Shown in pieces: positions 1 through 6,793 of a stretch of DNA of 64,000 bases; the first letter of the stretch is position 1, and the number at the start of each line of letters is the position of its first letter. A program made the translations under genes and the position numbers. The notes below the pieces were generated by a model. That model did no database searches. It had not been told where the DNA came from and saw nothing but the letters and a program-made list of their open reading frames with translations. Origin of the DNA: a virus; IMG/VR virus record IMGVR_UViG_3300046777_002520, positions 1 through 64,000 of that record; one strand, 5' to 3'.

Positions 1-15
1 GGTCTGGTGTGTCTC

Positions 16-116
16 TTCAAGGTTACCGATCACCGAGTAGGAGTGTCTGAAAGACACACCAAGGTGCAACTCCTTGGCGGTGATATGCTTCCTTAACTGG
101 AAGTAGTTGGTTGTTG
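16..116 (+). repeat. Structured constant repeat, copy 1
   Basis: ttcaaggttaccgATCACCGagtaggaGTGTCtgaaaGACACaCCAAGGtgcaactCCTTGGCGGTGATatgCTTCCttaactGGAAGtagttggttgttg. Confidence 0.95.
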
Positions 117-166
117 GGCGAGGTTTGGTGAGGCACGATGTGGTGTGTCTCGGTCGGGCGCGTCTT

Positions 167-267
167 TCCAAGGTTACCGATCACCGAGTAGAAGTGTTTA
201 AAAAACACACCAGAGTGCAACTCTCTGGCGGTGATATGCTTCCTTAACTGGAAGTAGTTGGTTGTTG
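167..267 (+). repeat. Structured constant repeat, copy 2
   Basis: Same as copy 1 but with compensatory stem changes GTGTT/AACAC and CCAGAG/CTCTGG. Confidence 0.95.
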
Positions 268-327
268 GGCGGGGTGGGGCTCGTAGTGGCAAGGTCTGGC
301 GAGGCGTGTCGAGTTTTGGCGCGTCTC

Positions 328-428
328 TTCAAGGTTACCGATCACCGAGTAGGAGTGTCTGAAAGACACACCAGAGTGCAACTCTCTGGCGGTGATTTAC
401 TTCCCTAAGTGGAAGTAGTTGGTTGTTG
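328..428 (+). repeat. Structured constant repeat, copy 3
   Basis: GTGTC/GACAC and CCAGAG/CTCTGG stems; last hairpin is TACTTCC-ctaagt-GGAAGTA. Confidence 0.95.
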
Positions 429-483
429 GGCAGGGTATGGCACGTCGCGGTCGGGCGGGTCGCGGTTTGGCGCGACGCGGTGC

Positions 484-551
484 ATCAAGACTCCGATCAC
501 CGAGTAGAAGTGTCTGAAAGACACACCAAGGTGCAACTCCTTGGCGGTGAT
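484..551 (+). repeat. Structured constant repeat, copy 4 (only the three-way-junction part)
   Basis: atcaagactccgATCACCG...CGGTGAT; the downstream CTTCC/GGAAG hairpin is replaced by a terminator. Confidence 0.9.
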
Positions 552-553
552 TT

Positions 554-579
554 GTCCGTACACATGTACGGACTTTTTT
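554..579 (+). terminator. Rho-independent terminator ending the RNA array
   Basis: GTCCGTAC-acat-GTACGGAC followed by TTTTTT. Confidence 0.8.
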
Positions 580-603
580 GTTTGATTTGAAGGGGTAAGT
601 TAC

Positions 604-1266
604 ATGGCTGCTAAGACTAAAGTTGTTTCTGACGTTGTTGTTATGAAGAGTTCTGACACGTCGCCCACGTCTCTGGTTCGATTAGACCTGAGAACCATCC
701 TTGTTAATATTGAGGGCACATCGCCGCTCATTACCCATCCTTGGTCTAAGAGAGCTATATATACGATACAAGCCAAGCAAGCCGGTAAAGCGGCAAAAGG
801 CAGGGCTCTGCGCAATCCCGTGGAAGAATACGAAGAATCCTTCTACAGGCTTCCTGACGGTTCTCCTGCTTTTCCGCTTCTATCTTTTAAGAATTGCGCG
901 GTGACGGCCTGTACTTCTTTGGGCAAAGAAATTACAAAGGTAGCCGCCCGGCAGTTTTTCCGAGTCGTTGCTGAAAAAGGCTGCGGTGACTTGACAAGAA
1001 TTTATTATCCAGAAGACTGCCCTCCTCGTATGCGTACTGACGTAATTCGTGTTGGTATGGGCGCGGCAGACCTGCGTTACCGTCCAGAGTTTGCACAATG
1101 GGGCGCTAAGCTTCGGATACAGTTCAACGCCCGCGCAGTTTCTCAGGAGCAGGTGGTGAACCTGCTGAACCTGGGCGGCTTTGCCGTGGGCATCGGTGAG
1201 CACCGTCCAGAGTGTAACGGTGACAAGGGTTGCTTTGAAGTGGTTGACAAGTTTTCCTGGGAGTAA
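604..1266 (+). CDS. Cas7-like RAMP-fold protein (Vipr-like RNA-binding effector)
   Basis: RAMP hallmarks: first strand VNIEGTSPLITH, GSPAFPLLSFK (compare G.P.iPgsslKG), DLRYRPEF, and a C-terminal Gly-rich loop GFAVGIGEHRPECNGDKGCFEV. RBS AAGGGG upstream; adjacent to the array. Confidence 0.8.
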   Translation: MAAKTKVVSDVVVMKSSDTSPTSLVRLDLRTILVNIEGTSPLITHPWSKRAIYTIQAKQAGKAAKGRALRNPVEEYEESFYRLPDGSPAFPLLSFKNCAVTACTSLGKEITKVAARQFFRVVAEKGCGDLTRIYYPEDCPPRMRTDVIRVGMGAADLRYRPEFAQWGAKLRIQFNARAVSQEQVVNLLNLGGFAVGIGEHRPECNGDKGCFEVVDKFSWE

Positions 1267-1271
1267 CAGAA

Positions 1272-1802
1272 ATGGCACGAAGCCGACAGGCTACGACAAA
1301 CCGCTACCAGTATAAAACCAACAGGTCAGTCACTGGCCTGGAGGCTCAGACGGTTGGCGAGGAACTTGAGCGCATCAGAGAAGTTCGAGGAGAACTTACT
1401 CCTCCAGCTATTGTGCATGAAAGCCAGCCAAGAACAGCTGTGCTGCACAACGCTTTCGAGTGGAACGATGCCACAGCTGCTCACGAGTATCGGCTGCATC
1501 AAGCCAGAAACATCGTGAGTACTGTGACGGTTGTCCGTGAAAACACGGAAGGTAACGAGATCAGCGTTCCTGGTTTTGTCTCAATCTCGGTGCCTAGCGA
1601 AGACGAAGAAGATACAGAAGACGAACAAGAAACCAGTCGCAGACAGTACCTGCCTGTTGACGAAGTCATAAGCAACCAGGAGTTTAGGGCTCAGGCTCTG
1701 CAAACTCTGCGTGCTAGGCTGCGAAACATTCGTCTGGAGTACCAGAGCTTTAGCGAACTTAGCCGAGTGTGGTCCGCTATAGACGCTGAGTGCAGAGACT
1801 AA
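1272..1802 (+). CDS. Conserved phage hypothetical protein, partner of the RAMP gene
   Basis: Motif GEELERIRE..GELTP..IV.E......LH..FEWND..AA.EYRL.QAR, which I recognise from phage hypotheticals; 5 nt downstream of the RAMP gene. Confidence 0.75.
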   Translation: MARSRQATTNRYQYKTNRSVTGLEAQTVGEELERIREVRGELTPPAIVHESQPRTAVLHNAFEWNDATAAHEYRLHQARNIVSTVTVVRENTEGNEISVPGFVSISVPSEDEEDTEDEQETSRRQYLPVDEVISNQEFRAQALQTLRARLRNIRLEYQSFSELSRVWSAIDAECRD

Positions 1803-1810
1803 ACTATACA

Positions 1811-1840
1811 AGCGTTAACTCCGTAAAAAAAGTTAACGCT
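1811..1840. promoter_or_regulatory. Perfect 10-bp inverted repeat upstream of tRNA-Arg
   Basis: AGCGTTAACT-ccgtaaaaaa-AGTTAACGCT. Confidence 0.5.
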
Positions 1841-1844
1841 TTAA

Positions 1845-1918
1845 GCTCTCGTAGCTCAACTGGATAGAGCAACGGATTTCTACTCCGTAGGTTGTGGGTT
1901 CGATTCCCGCCGAGAGTA
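1845..1918 (+). tRNA. tRNA-Arg (anticodon UCU)
   Basis: Acceptor GCTCTCG/CGAGAGT; anticodon arm ACGGA-tt TCT ac-TCCGT; T loop GGTTCGATTCC; CCA not encoded. Confidence 0.92.
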
Positions 1919-1999
1919 CTTTTGCCTTTAAGGGTTGAAATTCATTTACACATGTGTAGTATGAGACAACTTGTAAGTTGTTGATGTTCTATGTGGTTT

Positions 2000-2072
2000 A
2001 CCCCTTTAGCTCAACGGTAGAGCGGAGTTCTTATACAGCTCGTCAGAGAAGGTTCAACTCCTTCAAGGGGTA
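2000..2072 (+). tRNA. tRNA-Ile (anticodon UAU)
   Basis: Acceptor ACCCCTT/AAGGGGT; D arm GCTC/GAGC; anticodon arm GAGTT-ct TAT ac-AGCTC; T arm GAAGG-TTCAACT-CCTTC; discriminator A. Confidence 0.88.
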
Positions 2073-2126
2073 ATGCGAGTGAGGACGGCTTACTCGCTTG
2101 TTTGTTTGTTCTAGGAAGGTAGTTAA

Positions 2127-2426
2127 ATGCGTAAGTTTGCTTTGATTGCGGTTCTTGCTTTGAGCAGCGCCAGCTTTGCAGTCGCAGGTCCTCTGGATCG
2201 TATTCGCGAGCGTCGTGAGTCTCGGGTTGAAACCCGTCACCACGAGCCCGTGTCTGTGGTTGTGGACAAGGACGGCAAGCCTGCCCTGCTGCTGCGTGAC
2301 GGCACTTTGGCTCCTGTTACCAGCAAGAACGGCAAGCTTACTGCCACCGCGCCTGCTAAGGAGCAGAGTGGTGTGAAGGTTATTCAGCGCGGACATCAGC
2401 CTGCTATTCAGCTGAACCGCAACTGA
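2127..2426 (+). CDS. Small secreted protein with signal peptide
   Basis: MRKFALIAVLALSSASFAVA signal peptide; RBS AGGAAGG. Confidence 0.8.
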   Translation: MRKFALIAVLALSSASFAVAGPLDRIRERRESRVETRHHEPVSVVVDKDGKPALLLRDGTLAPVTSKNGKLTATAPAKEQSGVKVIQRGHQPAIQLNRN

Positions 2427-2479
2427 GTAACCTGCAATTAAGCCTTGGTTCAAGGTTCAAGGAAGAGAAAGGGACGACA

Positions 2480-2851
2480 ATGCGTAACACTTTTGCTTTG
2501 ACAGCTGTTCTGGTTTTGACTGAGCTTGCAGCCGCTGGTCCGTTCGGGCTGGTCGGGCGTAGGACGGTTTACAACAATCAACCTGCGGCGCAGCAGGTCA
2601 CTTACCAGCAGCAAGCCCGTTTTCCTGTTGTTCACGGAATGTTCTCATCTGCCCAGGGCGTTGCCAACCACATGGCCAACCTGTGCAGGATCGGACACTT
2701 CGGTGGAAATAGCGGCTATGAGGGCGTGGGCTGCGGCTCCACCCCGTACGCTGCCGAGATGAATTGCTGCTTCCGTCAGCGTATGCAACCTCGCGAGGTT
2801 GGCATCGCTAGGGGAGCGAACGGGCTGTATTACGCCTGCTGTCGTTACTGA
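2480..2851 (+). CDS. Secreted Cys-rich protein, possibly a reduced CAP/SCP-like domain
   Basis: Signal peptide; GHFGGNSGYEGVG..NCC...YYACCRY pattern resembling Planctomycete secreted proteins. Confidence 0.7.
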   Translation: MRNTFALTAVLVLTELAAAGPFGLVGRRTVYNNQPAAQQVTYQQQARFPVVHGMFSSAQGVANHMANLCRIGHFGGNSGYEGVGCGSTPYAAEMNCCFRQRMQPREVGIARGANGLYYACCRY

Positions 2852-2904
2852 GACCCTGTCAGGTTTTGCGCAACAAAACTTGACATAGAACTTGAATAAG
2901 CTTA

Positions 2905-2936
2905 TCGGGGGAAAGGGCTTGTGCTCTTTCCCCCGA
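2905..2936 (+). terminator. GC-rich hairpin, probable terminator or regulatory stem
   Basis: TCGGGGGAAAGGGC-ttgt-GCTCTTTCCCCCGA, followed shortly by TTTT. Confidence 0.5.
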
Positions 2937-2943
2937 GGCTTTT

Positions 2944-3273
2944 ATGTACGTGTTCCTATGTTTCCTCGCAGCCGCCTTGATGTACGGCGCGCTTAGCTGG
3001 ATAACCTACAGCCCGTATTTCAGGGACACGTGGCTGGTCTTTCCAATAACTTGGGTGCTGACAATCAGCACCTCGACGCTCTGGGTCTTACTGGTAAGAC
3101 ATTTGAATGACACCCGGAAGATAGTTACAGCGTCGCTTTGGTGGGACCTGCTGATAACAGCGATGTACTCGGCGCTACCGCTGATGCTGGCAGACAAAAG
3201 GACAAGCCCACAGGCTTTCCTGTGCTTAGCCGTAGCGGTAGCGGCGATAATAGCGTTCAAGTTTTACAGCTAG
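2944..3273 (+). CDS. Small integral membrane protein (about 4 TM segments)
   Basis: Four hydrophobic stretches, SMR/EamA-like in size. Confidence 0.7.
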   Translation: MYVFLCFLAAALMYGALSWITYSPYFRDTWLVFPITWVLTISTSTLWVLLVRHLNDTRKIVTASLWWDLLITAMYSALPLMLADKRTSPQAFLCLAVAVAAIIAFKFYS

Positions 3274-3281
3274 GAGAGCTG

Positions 3282-3644
3282 ATGATCACAGACGACAAAC
3301 AGCTGAAGACCACTTTGGCAAAGTGGCAACAGACCCATTACAGGTTTCACGAGGAGAGGTACAAGGCAAAGAAAGAACAGCTGCGTAAGGACTACGAGAA
3401 AATAGTCGTGTCCTTGAAGCAGTACTGGGAAGAAAACAAGAAAAAGCTGAAAGGCCTGAAGTGGACCAACTATCTGTTTGAAAAGATGTTGACCTCCTGT
3501 CCTACAGCCGTGCTGCGTATGCATGTCGCTGACAGCATCCATGAAATTGAAGATTTCCTGAGAGGAGGCTCCGGTGCCGAACTGGTGCGTAAACGAGCTA
3601 ACAATAAAGGGAAAAAAGAAAATAGTCCAGAAGCTGAAGCGTAA
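3282..3644 (+). CDS. Hypothetical protein
   Basis: Start moved to ATG 3282 after the AGGAG RBS; overlaps the next gene by 71 nt. Confidence 0.65.
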   Translation: MITDDKQLKTTLAKWQQTHYRFHEERYKAKKEQLRKDYEKIVVSLKQYWEENKKKLKGLKWTNYLFEKMLTSCPTAVLRMHVADSIHEIEDFLRGGSGAELVRKRANNKGKKENSPEAEA

Positions 3645-4314
3645 GGTAAGAACAGACGACGTGTATCTGGACTTTGAAAAAATAGTACCAACGCCAGAGT
3701 CGATAAAGAACACGCCGTCTAGCAGCATCTGCAACGTCAGGCTTGCGTTGTTCGGGACCGATAAACAGGTCGAAGAACTGATCGACTCGCTTTTGAAAAC
3801 AACCGAAGGCGAGACAGCCGAAACAGTTGAGTACAAGCAGCACATCCCTGAAGACGTAGCCAGGGCCTACCCAGAGCAAAACCTGAAGGCCTTATGGCTA
3901 ATGTTTCGGCGCTACGAACACTCGCACTTATTGGATGACGCCGACCTGAAAGAAGGTATACGCGGCTACGAGCAGCTGGCCAACAAGTTCAACCACAATC
4001 TGCAAGCGCACGGCTTTACCAACTGGTACGACTGGCGCTGCGCAAATTGGGGAACAAAGTGGAATCTGGACAGCAGCACGACTCGTGTGTTTGAGGAGCG
4101 AGAAAACGGCTTGGCTCTACTCAAGTACGGTTTCGACACAGCCTGGAGCCCTCCTGAGGCTGTCGTAAAAGAACTGGCTAAGCGGTACCCGGAGCTGGCT
4201 ATACAGCTGAGGTACTGGGAGGGCGGCATGTGCTTTCAGGGCCGACTAAGGCTCAGGGGCGAAAAAGTTTACGAAGACAGGACCTGGAAATACTCGGGAT
4301 CAAAGGGAGGTTGA
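3574..4314 (+). CDS. DUF1281/YubB ferredoxin-like family protein
   Basis: MPNWC.N.L.I.G start; WYDWRCANWGTKWN and FDTAWSPP motifs; GAGGAGG RBS. Confidence 0.85.
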   Translation: MPNWCVNELTIKGKKKIVQKLKRKVRTDDVYLDFEKIVPTPESIKNTPSSSICNVRLALFGTDKQVEELIDSLLKTTEGETAETVEYKQHIPEDVARAYPEQNLKALWLMFRRYEHSHLLDDADLKEGIRGYEQLANKFNHNLQAHGFTNWYDWRCANWGTKWNLDSSTTRVFEERENGLALLKYGFDTAWSPPEAVVKELAKRYPELAIQLRYWEGGMCFQGRLRLRGEKVYEDRTWKYSGSKGG

Positions 4315-4315
4315 G

Positions 4316-4501
4316 ATGGACAGCGACGAATTAGAGTTTCTGATCAAGGACATCTGCGAGGGTCTGAGCGAAGACAAGAAAGACCAGGTCAAAAAGCTGG
4401 CAAACCACACTTACGCAGCCAGGGATCTGGTCAGCGAACTGAGCGAAGGGCTGGAAGACGATGGCCTTATGGAACAAGTTGAAGAACTTCTGGGAGACTG
4501 A
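4316..4501 (+). CDS. Hypothetical acidic protein
   Basis: Tightly packed ORF with GGAGG RBS. Confidence 0.65.
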   Translation: MDSDELEFLIKDICEGLSEDKKDQVKKLANHTYAARDLVSELSEGLEDDGLMEQVEELLGD

Positions 4502-4503
4502 CC

Positions 4504-4779
4504 ATGGCCTTAAAGGTAGACGCAGGACGGATCAGCTGGCTCAGAGCTTACAACGAAAGTAGAGCGGACCAAACCAAAGACTGGGATGTTTACGAGTACG
4601 ACTACGGTGGCGTGGTTGAGATAACGGTAGTCGGAGCAGGTGTTGAAGACAAAGAGAAAGAACTGACTGATTGGTTCTATGCCTGGTACAACCCAGCAGG
4701 CTACGGCTCAAGCGTCAGGAAGATCAACAAAGACGGTAAGACAGGACTGTTGTTCCATAGGTTCAAGTCCTGCGATTAA
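4504..4779 (+). CDS. Hypothetical protein
   Basis: Tightly packed ORF. Confidence 0.7.
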   Translation: MALKVDAGRISWLRAYNESRADQTKDWDVYEYDYGGVVEITVVGAGVEDKEKELTDWFYAWYNPAGYGSSVRKINKDGKTGLLFHRFKSCD

Positions 4780-4912
4780 GCAAAGGAATGCAATAGCGTG
4801 CAAAAACAGTTATTCGGTGGGTATAAGTGGAGCGCGTCAAATAATAAGGTTGACGAAATAAACAACACCCAGTTAACTGTTTAAGACAAGTGTTCAGTAT
4901 GTCGGCTGAACC

Positions 4913-5656
4913 ATGTTTGCAATAGAAAGGATTTTGAGCATGTCAGTAGTTACGATTAGCAATTCTAACAACAAAGTTATAAAGATAGTAGGTTGTGACT
5001 TTTTTAAAAAAGAAGAAGATGACGATATCATCATTATCACTTTGTCTCCTTCAGACAATAGAGACAAAAAAGAAAACCAGGCTATTGAACAAGAAGAGGC
5101 TGCTCAGGAACCTGAACCTCAGATAGAAACTAGTCTGAAAACTTTTAACAACAGCATAAAGTCGGACGGTGAAAACACTGCACAAGAGCCTGACGAAACA
5201 CTTGAGGATGCTAAAAAACCAGAGGCTTCTAGTAAGGAGCTTTGGCACGCTTGGGGTGACGGAAACTACACCATACGTACGGCTATAGGAGAAAACAGAA
5301 CGCAACAAATCAGGAAACTGGCAGCTAAATACTGCAAAACAAAACCCAGGTTTATCTCCATTGGCTACGCCTCTGACACAAATTCTGACTTGTCTATCGT
5401 ACCGCCAGAACTATACTGGACAGCTAACAGACGAAGAGGCTGTACAAGAGTTGTTTTGGTAAACAAAACAGTTCTACAAATGGAGCGCAGGCCTAGTTCT
5501 TTAATTTTGCACATTGTAAAAGCTGAAGACCTATACCTACACAAAAACCAAAAAACAGCAAGCGTACACGGTCTTAACGGCGATCTTTTCTACAAGAACG
5601 CGCCGCTTAAAGACAATCGTTTGTTTATTTCCTCTGAAGGTTTAAACAACCAATAA
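4913..5656 (+). CDS. Hypothetical protein
   Basis: Long AT-rich ORF; a TTGACG box lies upstream near 4851. Confidence 0.7.
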   Translation: MFAIERILSMSVVTISNSNNKVIKIVGCDFFKKEEDDDIIIITLSPSDNRDKKENQAIEQEEAAQEPEPQIETSLKTFNNSIKSDGENTAQEPDETLEDAKKPEASSKELWHAWGDGNYTIRTAIGENRTQQIRKLAAKYCKTKPRFISIGYASDTNSDLSIVPPELYWTANRRRGCTRVVLVNKTVLQMERRPSSLILHIVKAEDLYLHKNQKTASVHGLNGDLFYKNAPLKDNRLFISSEGLNNQ

Positions 5657-5698
5657 CACAAAGTTCTGCTTATTGCGTCTAACGCAATTTGCAGATTC

Positions 5699-5771
<73 letters not shown>

Positions 5772-5815
5772 ATGCCTTGCGCTGGAAAGCAAGGTCGGCA
5801 CCAAAAGGAAAAGAC

Positions 5816-6496
5816 ATGAACAATCTTATGTTTTTGAATAGTTTTGTCAGCGTCGCTTATGTTGTCCAGCATCTCAGCACGAGAAAAGCTGTAACGTGGG
5901 GCGGTAGAAAGTTTAATGAGCATCCTGCAGTCAAAGAGATTTACTTACAAACAACGACAAGCTTTACATCAAAAACGGAAGACGCAAAAACAACAAGCTT
6001 ACCACAGATTGAACATAAAATTGCGCAGATTAAAGAAGAGTCTGCTGATGAAAACTTTAACAATATACTTAGCGAAATTAAAAAACTAGGGGACGATTTT
6101 GAAGAAACCAAAGAGTCTAACGTTGACCCCAAAGCGTATGAGCGAAAACCAAACAAACTGTCCAAAGTAAAAAAGAAGCTGTCCAGAGTCAAAAAAACAT
6201 GGCATCTAAATCAAAACAAAATGCTGGCCTCGAAGGTCTATTCTCAGTTTGGCATCAAAGCTGAAGAGGTAGACATAGCCTACTTCAACAAGCCTGCCAA
6301 CGGCTGGTCTGTGCCTAGAACATCTGCGGTAAAAAAATATATGTTGCTAACAGGCGCTGAGCAGCTATTTTTAATCCGAACAGAAGAACTTAAAGATGAG
6401 CGGTCAGGTTACGGCACAGCGTTTATCAGCCTAAGCGCAGACAACCGTACTCTGTATAGGAAAGGTCAGGTCTATCACTCAAAAATTGTTAGTTAA
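5816..6496 (+). CDS. Hypothetical protein
   Basis: Start moved to ATG 5816 (AAGGA RBS), downstream of the tRNA. Confidence 0.7.
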   Translation: MNNLMFLNSFVSVAYVVQHLSTRKAVTWGGRKFNEHPAVKEIYLQTTTSFTSKTEDAKTTSLPQIEHKIAQIKEESADENFNNILSEIKKLGDDFEETKESNVDPKAYERKPNKLSKVKKKLSRVKKTWHLNQNKMLASKVYSQFGIKAEEVDIAYFNKPANGWSVPRTSAVKKYMLLTGAEQLFLIRTEELKDERSGYGTAFISLSADNRTLYRKGQVYHSKIVS

Positions 6497-6525
6497 CAAG
6501 CTTGCAGCAAAAACTAGTTACGAAG

Positions 6526-6555
6526 AATAAGCGGGGAAACACCCCGCTTATTTTG
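6526..6555 (+). terminator. Terminator hairpin
   Basis: AATAAGCGGGG-aaaca-CCCCGCTTATT-TT. Confidence 0.65.
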
Positions 6556-6565
6556 CGGAGAAAAT

Positions 6566-6793
6566 ATGGACACAGAAAATAACGAATACAAGTCTGGCCT
6601 GATGCTAACACGCAAGGTAGGCCAAAAAGTTATGCTCATGATTGGAGAGGAGAAAATATGGATCACGTTGGAACTAATAAGAAAAAACAACAAGGCTGTG
6701 TCCCTCAGGTTCAACGCATCGGACAAAGTCGCCATCTTCAGAGGTGAACTGCTGGATAACGGAACAGACGAGTACTTCGTTTACGAAAAATGA
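6566..6793 (+). CDS. csrA: CsrA/RsmA-like carbon storage regulator
   Basis: LMLTRKVGQKVML.IG...I.ITL....V.L.F.A...VAIFRGEL matches the CsrA pattern. Confidence 0.75.
   Translation: MDTENNEYKSGLMLTRKVGQKVMLMIGEEKIWITLELIRKNNKAVSLRFNASDKVAIFRGELLDNGTDEYFVYEK

Larger units (their letters stand above)
1..551 (+). ncRNA. Putative guide-RNA array (VIPR-like): GGY-NN periodic tracts alternating with structured ~101-nt constant repeats; truncated at window start
   Basis: Tracts of G(G/T/A)Y-NN pentamers at 1-15 (partial), 117-166 (10 units), 268-327 (12 units) and 429-483 (11 units). They are separated by near-identical structured repeats, and the array lies directly upstream of a RAMP/Cas7-like gene. 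Confidence 0.85.

Noticed and set aside
16-116. Known ribozyme (hammerhead or twister-sister) as the repeat
   Set aside because: No CUGAUGA/GAAA hammerhead core. The CAAGG and GGUGCAACUCC resemblance to twister-sister lacks the conserved 3' GCUCA-type strand. Only generic T-loop similarity is retained.
23-292. Minus-strand 89-aa ORF across the array
   Set aside because: Chance frame in a repetitive structured RNA region; covariation supports RNA function, not coding.
1-551. Classical CRISPR array
   Set aside because: Repeats are ~101 nt and multi-hairpin. The 'spacers' are 50-60 nt with strict 5-nt GGY periodicity rather than foreign-like sequence. No cas1/cas2/cas6 in the window.
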